A program made the position numbers and the translations under genes. A DNA stretch of 64,000 nt from Pristiophorus japonicus (lineage: Eukaryota), in contig NC_091992.1 of assembly GCF_044704955.1 (NCBI RefSeq), forward strand, positions 55,924,001 to 55,988,000, read 5' to 3'. Below are positions 1 to 12,260 of this stretch, in pieces (position 1 is the first letter of the stretch; the number at the start of each line of letters is the position of its first letter). The notes below the pieces were generated by a model. It was given only the letters and a program-made list of their open reading frames with translations, searched no databases and had not been told where the DNA came from.

Positions 1-186
1 TGCCAATTCACTGGATATATTCAAGAGGGAAGTTAGATATGGCCCTTGCTGCTAAAGGGATCAAGGGGTATGGAGAGAAAGCAGGAACAGGGTACTGAAG
101 GAATGATCAGCCATGATCTTATTGAATGGTGGTGCAGGCTCAAGGGCCGGATGGCCTACTCCTGCACCTATTTTCTATGTTTCTAT
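1..186 (+). mobile_element. CR1 LINE 3' end (runs off left edge), abutting Gypsy pol
   Basis: End of ORF2 (..FKRE.DMAL.AKGIKGYGEKAG), conserved 3'UTR ATCAGCCATGATCTTATTGAATGG, tail TTCTATGTTTCTATG. Confidence 0.9.
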
Positions 187-3069
187 GACATCACTGAGTC
201 ACGTTTGGTTGCTCTACCAATCTCTTCAGCTGTGACTGGCAGTTCATCAATGTATGAAAAATAAAACACTTCTTCCCTATCGGGTGTAACTTGTGATGGG
301 GAAGGCAATCTAGACATTGCATCAGCATTACTGTAATCAGCTGACCGTCTGTATTCAATATCATATGTATATGCTGACAAAATCAAAGCCCAGCTCTCCA
401 TTCGGGCTGCAGCTAATGTTGGAACTGGGGACTTTGGATGGAGGACTGGTGTTAGGGGTTTATGGTCCGTAACGATGGCAAACTTACGACCATACATGTG
501 TGAAACTTCTTGACCCCAAAAATTAATGCCAAAGCTTCCCTTTCAATTTGCGCATCATTACTCTCACTGGCACGGAGAGTGCGTGAAGCAAAAACAATTG
601 GTCTCTCCTCCCCACTACTTAATACATGAGAGATCACTACCCCAACTCCATAGGGAGAGGCATCACATGCTAGCTTAATCTCCTTAGATATGTCATAGTG
701 AACTAACATGGTGCTCTCTACCAATTTGCTTTTACACTCCTTGAATGCTGTATCGTATTCTTTTGACCACTTCCGATGAACCTGTTTTTTCAATGTTCAT
801 TCACTGGATGTAATACTGTAGCCAAATTTGGTAGGAACTTCCCTAATAGTTCAAAAGACCCAAGAATGAACGAAGTTCAATGACATTCCTGGGTGCATTT
901 CTGATCGCATCCAATTTTTCCATGGTTGGATGTAAACCATCTTTGTCTACTCTGTACCCTAAGTACTCCACTGAGTTTTTAAATAACTCACACTTATGAG
1001 CAGACTCTCGTACTCTGTGCTTCTCTAGCCGTTTGAGGATTTCATTCAATATGTTATTATGAATTTGCCTATTTGGTGCTGAAATTAGTATGTCATCCAA
1101 ATAACATACTACCTCTTCAATACCTTGCAAAATCTGGTTCATCACCCCTTGGAATATGGCAGGGGTGGAAGACACTCCAAACGGTAGCCTATTAAATTGA
1201 TATAGGCCTAGATGAGTATTTATAGTCAAACATGACTTGGACGCCTCATCTCGTTCAAGCTGTAAATAGGCATTCGTAAGATCCAGTTTTGAGACGATCT
1301 GACCACCTGTCAGTGTTTTGAACAAATCTACTATATTCGGCAATGTATTGGGGACATTACCCTCTAGAACCTGGTTTACGGTTACTTTATAATCACTACA
1401 CAATCTTACCTTACCATCGGACTTAGGTACAACAACAATGGGTGTAGCCCAATTACATCGATCTATCTTACAAATAATGTTCTCAGTCTCTAGTCTTTTG
1501 AGTTCTTGCTCAACTTTCTCCTTGAGTGCATATGGTACGGAACGTGGCTTGTAGTAAACCGATCTAGCGTCCTTCTGTACCTTGACACTCGCCTTGATGC
1601 CTTGGATCGGACTGCCCGTTTCGCAGAACACCTTTGGATACTTCTTGATAACCTCATCCGGTGATGAAAATGTTGCTTCCACACAGAAAATCTTACTCCA
1701 ATCCAGCTTCAGTGAGCTCAACCAATTTCTTCCTAGTAAGGCAGGCTTGTCTCCTTTCACTACTATTAGAGGCAAGTTCTGAAATTGATCTTTATATTTC
1801 ACCGGTACGGTGATACGACCTACCACAGGAATTTTCTCTCCCGAGTAGCCTCGCAGCTCTATCTTTGATTTCTCCAGTTGGAAATCATGCAATTTGTCAC
1901 GGTACAGTGACTCTGGTAACTACACTCACGGATGCACCCGTGTCAATTTCCATTGGTATCTTGAATCCCACAACATCTATGTGGATTTTGATGCTTTCCG
2001 AATCGCTGTCTGTTAACCTCGTGCTCCTGATGACGTGTAACTCTAACATCTCCTCGTCCTGTTGTTGTTCTTCCATGCTGTGAAATCTCTTGGGATTTCT
2101 ACTCATAGCTCTGAACGCTGGACTCATAGCTTTAAAAACTGGTTTACCCTTCAATCGGCATGCCTTCGCAAGATGCCCAGTCTTTCTGCAGAAGAAACAC
2201 TCTGCCTTCACATATGGACAACTTTGAGCAATGTGTTGTCCCAGGCACCTATAGCACGACTTCGACGTTCTGGTAGAATTTCCAGTTTCTGAGACTTTGG
2301 GCCTCCACCATCTTTTACTTTGAACCTGCAGGTGATTTACCTCGGTTGACTGACGACCGTAATTATTATTTAATTCTCGGGAATATTGTTCGGCCATGCC
2401 CATCGACCTCGCTGTCTGACAAGCAATCTCAAAAGTCAAGTCATCCGTCGTCAATAACTTCCTTCTGATCGCATCATTTTTCACTCCACAAACAAAACGA
2501 TCCCGTAATGCTCGGTTTTGAAAGTTTCCAAAATTACAGTGCATCGATAGCTTTTTTAATGCTACGATGTAATCACTGATACTTTCATCCGACTTTTGAT
2601 TCCGAATCCCGAAATGATAGCTTTCAGCAATTTCTAACGGTTTGGGGTTGTAGTGCTGCTCCAGCTTCGTTAAAAATCGCTTTAAGCGTCATGTCCTTTG
2701 GCTCGTCAGGCACAAGCAGATTTACAAGAGTGTCATATAATGCCGGACCTGCTTCCGATAAGATCGCTCTCTTACGTTCCAACGCAGCCCGGTTCTGGAC
2801 TGCATTGTCTGGAACTTCGATTATGTTATTTGCAGTGAAATACATTTCGAGCCGATCCACATACGCTTTAAAATGTTCCCGGTTGTGTCTATATTTCCCC
2901 CAAATGTCCGATTACACCTGCCATTTTAAACTCTAGCTGTTCACACCGTGTGCTGTATTTTACCTCGGATTTTGTAGCTTTTTTTCCCAAAGACAGAAAC
3001 TCCCAAAGCCTCTCTGTTGGCTGGCTGAATCCTTCACCAACAAAATTTATGCTTTAAATCATCCGAAAA

Positions 3070-3087
3070 ATCCCATCTTAATCGCCA
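3070..3087 (-). other. Primer-binding site of Gypsy element 1 (tRNA-Ser(GCU)-like)
   Basis: TGGCGATTAAGATGGGAT just inside the LTR; 3 mismatches to my recalled complement of the tRNA-Ser(GCU) 3' end, TGGCGACGAGGATGGGAT. Confidence 0.7.
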
Positions 3088-3131
3088 AATGTGATATATT
3101 CACAGAGCACAGCACACACAGCTCCTAACAT

Positions 3132-3724
3132 TATAAGGTATTGGTAAGGCCGCACCTGAAGTACTGCGTGCAGTTTTGGTCACCTTACTTAAGGAAGGAT
3201 ATACTAGCTTTGGAAGGGGTACAGAGACGATTCACTAGGCTGATTCCAGAAATGAGGGGGTTACCTTATGATGATAGATTGAGTAGACTGGGTCTTTACT
3301 CGTTGGAGTTCAGAAGGATGAGGGGTGATCTTATAGAAACATTTAAAATCATGAAAGGGATAGACAAGATAGAGGCAGAAAGGTTGTTTCCATTGGTAGG
3401 GGAGACTAGAACTAGGGGGCACAGCCTCAAAATACGGAGGAGCCAATTTAAAACTGAGTTAAGAAAGAATTTCTTCTCCCAGAGGGTTGTGAATCTGTGG
3501 AATTCTCTGCCCAAGGAAGCAGTTGAGGCTAGCTCATTGAATGTTTTCAAGTCAAAGATAGATAGATTTTTAACCAATGAGGGAATTAAGGGCTATGGGG
3601 AGAGGGCGGGTAAGTGGAGCTGAGTCCACGACCAGATCAGCCATGATCTTATTGAATGGCGGAGCAGGCTCGAGGGGCTAGATGGCCTACTCCTGTTCCT
3701 AATTCTTATGTTCTTATGTTCTTA
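3132..3724 (+). mobile_element. 5'-truncated CR1 inserted in the Gypsy LTR
   Basis: ORF 3141-3623 (VRPHLKYCVQFWSP..QRRFTR..NLWNSLP), (TTCTTATG)n tail, 6-bp TSD TAACAT at 3126-3131 and 3725-3730. Confidence 0.95.
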
Positions 3725-4334
3725 TAACATGACAGGCAGCTCTCTCGGAAGCCTCTGGAAATCTGCCTGGTTCTGTTTATTGTTAACCCTGCACTTGCAG
3801 TACACAATACGTCCACATCCACAGTGTGGAGCTACAAACATTACAAGCTTACAGACATTACAATTTGTACGGTCAGTTAAAATCAATGCCTGGCTCCAAA
3901 CAGTATACCTGTAATTACCTCTGCACGTAACTGGAGTCAGCCCCAAGAGAATTTTTTACCACGAGATCCTTTTCTTCCACCTTCAGGAGCGCCTTGCCAC
4001 AGTTGCTAGGCAATAGCTTGGCAACCCACAGTGCTAATATAATAGTAAATTTTGTTGCATGCTGCAACAGCTGTGTAGCTTAACGTCACCTGACAGGAAG
4101 CAAGCACTCCATTGCTGCAGTCTGCAGTTCCATTTCACAACACGCTGACTGTCCTGGGAAGACACAGTTATTACAACCTGCCATGTGAATGTGACCACAG
4201 GCATCCAAAACATTTCCAGCCATGTGATACAAAGCCACAAAGCAAATTCCCTCCTCCACCACAGGGAAAATGGAAATATTCCTTTTTTTTGTTACATGTA
4301 TATTGCTTGGTGAGCTCTTCCGCTCATCAAGGCA

Positions 4335-4805
4335 ATGAATTTCAATTCAGTAAAAAGTCTGTAATAAAAAGCTAGCATCAGTAAAAGTGACTGCGAAGCT
4401 GTCATATTGTTGTTAAAAACTGGCTCACTAATGTTCTTTAGGGAAGGAAATCTGTTGGCGTTACCCAGTCTGCTCTATTTATAGGGGAGTCAAGGGTTAT
4501 GGCGAGCAGGCAGGGAAGTAGAGTTGAGGTCAAGATCAGATCAGCCGTGATCTTATTGAATGGCGGAGTAGGCTTGAGGGGCCAAATGGCCGACTCCTGC
4601 TCCTATTTCTTATGTTCTTATGCTTTTGTGTGTGACACCAGTTCCACACCAAGCTCGCTGACTCTTTTAACTGCCCTGTAAAGTGTCCAGCAAGCCACTC
4701 AGTTGTATTAAATGGCTCACCACCACCTTCTCAGGGCAACTGGGGATGGGCAATAAATGCTGGCCTTGCCAGCGACGCCCACACCCCGAGAACAAAAACA
4801 AAATG
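4335..4805 (+). mobile_element. SINE-like repeat with LINE-derived tail, interrupted by a CR1 tail (~4482-4625)
   Basis: Shares TTTAGGGAAGGAAA..GGGCAATAAATGCTGGCCTTGCCAGCGACGCCCAC with the copy at 55960-56335. Confidence 0.7.
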
Positions 4806-5315
4806 AATGTCTGAGTTGAGATAAGGAACATTTTTCTGCTACTTTTCGCACGCAGTGTCAGTATCAATCATTCCCAGATCAACCCTTCCCAACCATGATG
4901 CTCAACTTTCAACCCCAGATCAGCTTCCAGCACCACCTTCATCTCCCACGTCATCCATCCTTGCGCTTGAAGATTTGGAATCAGCAACATTATGGAGAGT
5001 TTCCCCCACTGAAGGTTGAAGCTGCCCAACTCTTTCCATTTTGGTACCTTACAGATAGTCTGAGGTAGATTCAACACCAATTTGAAGGGGCACCGTGCGC
5101 CTCAGTCCGCTTTTCAATCAATATGAGCTTGATTACAAGGGTTTAGTGAAGCAAATATGATAAAGGAACAGTGCCAGAATCTCAGGCTGTTACAGATTTC
5201 TAACACTCCTACTCAACTTCAACTCTTTGTGGACAAGGAGATTTCCACCATTCCTTACAGAAAAATGATAAACATGTTTATTAAGAAAAGCAGACAATGG
5301 CAACCAAAGAAAATC

Positions 5316-6032
5316 AGACAACGAGACCTAGGTGTCATGGTACATCAGTCATTGAAAGTTGGCATGCAGGTACAGCAGGCAGTTAAGAAAGCAAATGGCA
5401 TGTTGGTCTTCATAGCGAGAGCATTTGAGTATAGGAGCAGGGAGATTTTACTGCAGTTGTACAGGGCCTTGGTGAGGTCTCACCTGGGATATTGTGTACA
5501 GTTTTTGTCTCCTAATCTGAGGAAGGACATTCTTGCTATTGAGGGAGTGCAGCGAAGGTTCACCAGACTGATTCCCGGGATGACAGGACTGACATATGAA
5601 GAAAGACTGGATCGACTAGGCTTATATTCACTGGAATTTAGAAGAATGAGAGTGGGTCGTATAGAAGCATATAAAATTCTGACGGGACTGGACAGGTTAG
5701 ATGCAGGAAGAATGTTCCCAATGTTGGGGAAGTCCAGAACCAGGGGTCACAGTCTAAGGATAAGGGGTAAGCCATTTAGGACCGAGATGAGGAGAAACTT
5801 TTGCACCCAGAGAATTGTGAACCTGTGGAATTCTCTGCCACATAAAGTTGTTGAGTCCAGTTTGTTGCATATATTCAAAAGGGAGTTTTTAGCCCTTACG
5901 GCTAAAGGGATCGGGGGTATGGAGAGAAAGCAGGAATGGGGTACTGAAGTTGCATGATCAGCCATGATCTTATTGAATGGTGGTGCAGGCTCAAAGGGCC
6001 GAATGACCTGCTCCTGCACCTATTTTCTATGT
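5316..6032 (+). mobile_element. 5'-truncated CR1
   Basis: ORF2 C-terminus QRDLGVMVH..YCVQF..QRRFTR..NLWNSLP followed by 3'UTR and tail. Confidence 0.93.
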
Positions 6033-6624
6033 TCCCCCCTCTGTAATCACCATCATCATGGATCGAAGGATATTGCATCTGCACTGTTCTGAATCTCAGT
6101 GCTCAGTACTGTTTGCTGGTACATGCGTTTCCTATTCGAACATCCTGCTGTTTAATGTGTACTATGACCAACCATCTGAATCAGGTGACAACCTACACTT
6201 CGGCTATATCAGAGTCACAGAAATCTGCAGCAGATATCAAAACATTTGCATTGGGTGCGTCACTGCAGCGCGGGCCGCCGAGACAATGGATTTAAATCCC
6301 TCATATCTGTTCTACAGCTTCCCATATGCGTCACTAGTTGTGACTGAATTATTTGCAGGAGGAATTAAAAAGTGCCCAAGAGGGAATTCTCTATCCTGTT
6401 CGACTGCCTCTGCCAGAGCCTTCAACAATATTTGCCTCACCCTCCAGTGGATGGGCAAGAGGGAAATTAAGGTGGGGGGCTCAGCAATTGATTGGGGGAC
6501 TTACAAACAGTAATACATGAATTCCAACATTCACATGGTGTGTTCACAGCCCAATCAACCACCCAGTTGGCAATATACAGCTTTGTAAATAAAAAATTAC
6601 TCATGGAAATCAAAATACAGAAGG

Positions 6625-6790
6625 AAGCAGGTTGGATGAGCATTGCATTAGCAAGGTATCCTTTCACCTCTGGGACCAAGGTTCAAATCCAACTAAGGCT
6701 GTCTGCCAGCAGCAAGTCTCCTATGTGAAAAGAATTTGATTATAGTCTTGACCAGCAACCCATCAGCGTGAACCCACAGCACAGAATCAC
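6625..6790 (+). mobile_element. LF-SINE-like element, 5' part
   Basis: CCTTTCACCTCT..GGTTCAAATCC..CCTATGTGAAA resembles the recalled LF-SINE head. Confidence 0.55.
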
Positions 6791-7826
6791 TCAAATTGAT
6801 ACTGAAATAGCAATCAGAGTGAGAGAGGACACATGGACAGTGGTTTGAGAACCCCACTGGTGTGAATAACCGGTGAAGTGCAGGTACTTTTCAGAAGTTA
6901 GGGCAGAGTGAAGGGCCCTTGCTCTATCTGATGTGAGAGTGCTGGTGACAAAAGTGGAAAAAGTGTCCCAATCCTCAGCACTAACATACCTCACCTTGAC
7001 AATCATATAATGGTCATCTGTTTTTCCCCCCGCACCCGACCCCGCCCACAAAAACAAATGACCAGATAACAAGGGGAAAGCCAGATACATTATAGAGACA
7101 AAACTGAACAGCGAAGACAGGGCTATTCCACCCCATGATGACAATCCGTGATCGTGGATTAAGAATTTAATCATCAGGGCTGTTTGGAGGCAGATGTATT
7201 TATTGGGCCACTGGCAGGATGACTTAGTGCTAATTCAGCCCAGAGAGGAACCAATGATGGTTTTAACAAATTTAATACCTTATTAAGTGTTCAAAATAGG
7301 CAAGTGACCTATTTGACTTTAAGAACCAGACTCCATTTTCTGCAGGTTCAAGGACATGGTTATGGCATGAGGTGCCTTTTTCCACCACCCGATAAAATAA
7401 AATAACACCGGAGGATGAACTTATACTGATGTCAGATCTTCTCAACCCCCAGTTTCCTCAATAGGGCTAAAAAGCCCCAGGGCCACAGAGAAAAGGAAAC
7501 AGTACATTCTAAAAAGGCACAAATTGAGAGGGTTTTTCCAAGAGATGATATTGGAAGTTCTGATTTTATCCTTCTTCACCTTGCAGACTTTGGCATCTAA
7601 ACAAGACTTCCAAATTCTGTCAGTGCATCATCAAAACAGGTCATCAACTGAAACCCTCAGAAGCAACACTGGTTACTGTACGTTGCCACCTCACATCCAA
7701 GTCCCGCCCCCCCACCACCATCACCACCTCAACCACCCCCAGAGAAAAAGCTGATTATTACTGTATATCCACCATTGTCACCAAGTGACACCCTCATAGG
7801 GAATGTTGATTTTTCTGTGTCCTCAC

Positions 7827-7932
7827 CTTACATCCTTGCCAACGGTCATAGCAGCAATTACTTTCTTAACTGCTTCCTTCCTTTTCTCCTTCTTCTCATT
7901 ATTTAGCTCAGCCTTCAACTCGAATATCTCTC
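7827..7932 (-). CDS. AP2B1: AP-2 complex subunit beta, second coding exon (106 nt)
   Basis: Encodes (G)[34 protein letters not shown](S), matching the beta-2 adaptin N-terminus. Acceptor tgttacAG, donor AG|GTGAGG; in phase with the previous exon. Confidence 0.96.
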
Positions 7933-8394
7933 CTGTAACAATAAAACAGATGGCCAAAATGAGACTGAATGTACTACTGATAAATATTCAGCACTACAAA
8001 ATACTGAGTAACTGGTCTCATAAATCCCTCAATATAAAGTGGTTGGCAGAAAATGCTTTGGTCGATGCTGTTTTAAGAAATACCTGCTGATAAATTGAAT
8101 CTCAGCATAAAGGTTTCTGGTGTACTGAAAACATTTTCAATTGAATGCAGCCAAATTTCAGAATCAGAATTGCCGAGAGAAAACGCTGGTACGCTCAGCT
8201 CGCCCATGGCCGTGCTCCCTGCCGGTATCCATGGGATCTCCATGAATTAAAGCCAAATTTATCAGTGACCACTGATCTAAACCCATGTACATGCGATATA
8301 GCCAAGATTGGACCTTCCAGGGCATTTATTAAATATGTTACTCTGCACAGAACCGAACTTTACACGTAGCACACATTCACCATTACATATGGCA

Positions 8395-8736
8395 AATGCT
8401 ACAAGGACACCCTCAAAGCCTCCCTGATAAAGTGCGACATCCCCACCGACACCTGGAAGTCCCTGGCCGAAGACCGCCCTAAGTGGAGGAAGTGCATCCG
8501 GGAGGGCGCTGAGCATCTCGAGTCTCATTGCCGAGAACATGCAGAAATCAAGCACAGGCAGCAGAAAGAGCATGCGGCAAACCAGTCCCACCCACCCTTT
8601 CCCTCAACATCTATCTGCCCCACCTGTGACAGGGACTGTGGTTCTCATACTGGACTGTTCAGCCACCCAAGAACTCAGTTTAAGAATGGAAGCAAGTCCT
8701 CCTCGACTCCGAGGGACTGTCTATGATGATGATGAT
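8395..8736 (+). mobile_element. RTE-clade LINE 3' end
   Basis: KDTLKASLIKCDIP.DTW.SLAEDRPKWR.. with a (GAT)n tail; same family as 18631-20948. Confidence 0.85.
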
Positions 8737-9093
8737 AGATTTGTACTCTTCCATCGGCATTTTTCTCCATTGGCTCTTCCTCCTCACCCATCACTCCTGC
8801 CCGAGCTGAGGAAGCAGCCCGAGAAGGTGCTTGAAAACCCATTTCTGTTGGCCCACACCCTGCCGTTCTCTTGTGCCTCGCCAACAGTCCGGCTGAGATG
8901 GGAATGGACCATCTGCAGAGTCGAGTCTACAACCTGTGCCTCAGCTCCCCGCGGTGCAATACACCCACTACACACCGCCGTGCCATCACTTAAACCTAAC
9001 GCAGTAACTTCAGTAAGCTCTGGACAGTCACTAGGTTGCCTGTGTCCTCTACAACAAGCAACCAAGAGGGGAGGTACAGGACGGGAAACCCAC

Positions 9094-9130
9094 CTTTTTT
9101 ATTCGTTGTGAAATACTTGGAGTCGGTCAT
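9094..9130 (-). CDS. AP2B1: AP-2 complex subunit beta, first coding segment (exon 9094-9151, ATG at 9130)
   Basis: gtcaccATG ACC GAC TCC AAG TAT TTC ACA ACG AAT AAA AAA G|gtggg = MTDSKYFTTNKK(G); polypyrimidine acceptor ttttttgcAG upstream of 9151. Confidence 0.96.
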
Positions 9131-9419
9131 GGTGACAATATTTTATGCTTCCTGCAAAAAAAAAACACATTTTGAAACAAGTTTTCCCCCAGCAATTTTC
9201 CTTTATGCATTGGTGCCTGCATTAAAGACAGGAAGTTCAACTCGTGTTAATACCAGGAAGCATTTCTGTAGTTCCAGAAGCATGGTTGTGCAGATTCCAA
9301 TGGATTGTAGACAGCCGAGGGACAATTGCTTCAGTCAGAAACACCGTATCTATTTTAATTTCTTTTGAATGCCTGTGTCTGGGAACTCAAGTTTGGCATA
9401 GAAAAAGCAAAAAAGCAAC

Positions 9420-9590
9420 ACATCACCTGGTCATAACTCACTGCTACCTGTGGCACCTTGCTGTGCGCAAATCGGCTGCCGCATTTCCCACATTAAAACA
9501 GTGACACTTCAAAAGTACTTCATTGGCCACAAAGCGCTTTGGGACGCCCAGAGGTCGTGAAAGGTGCTACATAAATGCTATATAAATACT
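9420..9590 (+). mobile_element. DeuSINE (SacSINE1-like) 3' part
   Basis: GCTGTGCGCAAATCGGCTGCCGCATTTCC..AAAGCGCTTTGGGACG..GAAAGGTGCTACATAAATG; homologous to the 3' end of 24460-24920. Confidence 0.75.
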
Positions 9591-9950
9591 CCACAGCTTC
9601 TTCAACAGCACATCCCAAACCCACAACCTCTACTACCTAGAAGGATAAGGACATAAGGACAACAGGCTCATGGGAACACTGTCGCCTCCAAGTTCCCCCC
9701 ACTCTCCCCCGCCCCCCCCCCCCCCAAGTTACACACCATCCTGACGTGGAAATTTATCACCGTTCCTTCATTGTCACTGGGTCAAAATCCTGGAATTCCC
9801 TCCCTAACAGCACTGTGGGAGCACCTTCACCACTCGGACTGCAGCGGTTCAAGAAGGCAGCTCACCACCATCTTCCCAAGGGCAATTAGAAATGGGCAAT
9901 AAATGCTGGCCTTGCCAGTGATGCCCACATCCCATGAATGAATTTTTAAA
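9590..9950 (+). mobile_element. LINE 3' end (CR1-related family that donates the tail of the 4335/55960 SINEs)
   Basis: ..SKSWNSLP.. coding remnant, then GGGCAATAAATGCTGGCCTTGCCAG..CCCATGAATGAA. Confidence 0.7.
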
Positions 9951-11296
9951 AAGACCAGAGTAATGAGATAAAGTCTCCTATATTTGGTGTTCAGGACCCA
10001 ATATGAGATGAATGGGGCAGTCTCAATCCTGAATCATACACACGATGCCACAGTTCAACAATAGACGTCTCAAAGTATCAATAGCCCTTGGAAAGATCAT
10101 AAAAGATGGCTTGTGTGAATTGGAAATGTTACATTTCCTACTGGTGCAGTAGTCGGGTGGAATCTTTTGTTGTTCGAGGAGTCAAGATAAATATTCAACA
10201 GTACTACAGGGAGGCTTACTCATCAGCTGGCTGTGCTATACGTGACCTGGGAGCATTTTGAGATAAACACAGGATGCACAGATAGGAAAAATTATTATTC
10301 CACTGCTCCACACTGACATTCCTCACCTTAACAAACATAACATTCACCAGGAACAGCAAGTTTTTCCTAATATTCTAAAATAAACCACAAATAGCTGATT
10401 TTGAAGGAACTGCAATGAGTCGACATTAAGCCATTGCAGCTGTTAATTCATCAAACTAAAATTGTGAAAATGTGATATCACCTGCACAGACTTGCTGAGA
10501 GATACCAATGAAAAAAATTACATTCGCCACATACACGTCAAGGAGCGAATGGAACCCGAAGCAGATTATTGGTTTATTCTCAATAATGCAGCCCCGTGAA
10601 GTAGGATTTAAATTATATTATATAGCCATTTCTTGCATTAGGTAATTTCTTGGAAGGCATTTAGAGATGGTCAAATTATAAAGGTTTAGCTATCAGCTTA
10701 TCGTCCTTCTTCACCTGGTCTCCTGGGGATATTTATTTATTTCTCTCTCTGCTGCAGCAGCCACGAAGATCTTTGGTCCCTTATTAGCTTTACCTCGGCA
10801 GAAGTCTGCTGTATCCCTTAGCTGGGGCTGAGTCATGCTTCATGGATGCGACATGCTGTCATTTTGTTACAACAGCTTGCTGTTTTCCCATCTTGCTCGC
10901 CTTTATTTTTCGTATTTCTTTTCTGGTTAAATTTGTTCTTGGGGTGAGGAGGACAACAGCAAGGCTGAATTTACTGCCCGTGCCCAGTTGCCCCGAGGGG
11001 GTAATGGTGGGCCGCCATCTTGTACAGCAATTGTCATTACAGCAGGGTGGCTTGCTGAGGGCATTAAGAGTCGGATATAGAGTGCAGAGTCATGACTAGG
11101 CCAGACCTGAGTGACAGATCCTATCCCTGAAGGACCTTTGTAAACCAGTTAGGATTTTACAACAAAACAGCATGGTCATTTTTCTTCTAGAACAGAGGAG
11201 ATTCAAGGCATGATCAGTCAGAGGTGTTTATAATTATGAAGGGATGGGACAGAATAGATAGAAAACAGACTGTTTCCTATGATTGAGGGGCTGAGG

Positions 11297-11690
11297 ACAA
11301 CAACTTGTATTTATATAGCGCCTTGAATGCAGCGAAACCACCCAAGGCGCTTCACAGGAGCATTATGCGGTAAAAATTTGACACCGAGCTGCATAAGTAG
11401 AAATTAGTGCGGCTTGGTCAAAGAGGTAGGTTTTAAGGAGCATCTTGAAGGAGGAAAAAAAATTAGAGGGGCAGAGAGGTTTAGGGAGGGAGTTCCAGAG
11501 CTTGGGGCCTAGGCAACAGAAGGCACGGCCGCCGATGGTTGAGCGATTAGAATCAGGGATGCTCAGGCGGGCAGAATTAGAGGGGCGCAGATATCTTGGG
11601 GTGGGGAGGGAGGTGGGGCTGGAGGAGATTACAGAGATAGGGAGGGGCGAGGCCATGGAGGGATTTGAAAACAAGGTGAGAAAAATAAAA
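11297..11690 (-). mobile_element. L2 LINE 3' end
   Basis: LVFKSLHGLAPPYL..GGRAF..GPKLWNSLP..FK.LLKTYLF; tail AAGGCGCTATATAAATACAAGTTGTTG shared with the DeuSINE copies. Confidence 0.88.
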
Positions 11691-11964
11691 TATAAAATGT
11701 AGCAGTGTTAGGGCAGGAGAAACATTATATTTTACGAGGATTGAGGCTCTAAAATGCAGGACCAGAGTTAGTGATTGAAGCCGAGACCATGTCAACTTAT
11801 AGAAATAGATTAGAAAGGACTTGGAAACAGGGCCGGCACAAAGGATTCGGACTATTGCTCGTGTGGGGGGTAAACATGAACGTGAACTAGTTGAGCCGAG
11901 CGGACTGCTTCTGTTGTAATTTCTACGTAATTCATCACATCTTCCAATAATATGGACACACTTA

Positions 11965-12260
11965 CACAAAAGCAAAATACTGCGGATGCTGGAATCTGGA
12001 ATAAAAACAGAAAATGCTGGAAATCTCCAAGTCAGGCAGCATCTGTGGAGAGGAAGCAGAGTTAATGTTCTGGGTTGATGACCCTTCGTCAGAAATGGAG
12101 GGTGTTCGGAAAGAACAGATTCTTAACCAGCACTGAAAGGGGGAGGGGAACAAAAGGGAAGGTCTGTGATAGAGTGGAAGACAGGAGAGATTAGAGACAC
12201 AAAAGGGATGATGGCCCAAATTCAAATGCCAATGCCAGGAGTTAGAAAAACATGAAGTCG
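11965..12260 (-). mobile_element. Penelope-like element terminal (pLTR) fragment
   Basis: On - strand CTGACGAAGGGTC..AACCC.GAAC..TCTCCACAGATGCTGCCTGAC..TCCAGCATTTTCTG; the same terminus recurs near the GIY-YIG element. Confidence 0.75.

Larger units (their letters stand above)
187..3862 (-). mobile_element. Gypsy/Ty3 LTR retrotransposon (Mag/SURL-like), decayed; 5' LTR, gag, PR, RT and RNase H present
   Basis: Frameshifted ORFs: gag with zinc knuckles (CYRCLGQHIAQSC, CFFCRKTGHLAKAC), protease MEIDTGASVS, RT CYLDDILI, RNase H LACDASPYGVG. TG..CA LTR 3090-3862, PBS 3070-3087. Confidence 0.93.

Noticed and set aside
6058-6513. 151-aa ORF antisense to AP2B1
   Set aside because: No recognisable domain, random-looking composition, intronic.
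187-7826. Next AP2B1 exon (SLFPDVVNCMQTDNLELKK..)
   Set aside because: I looked on the minus strand and did not find it; it presumably lies left of the window.
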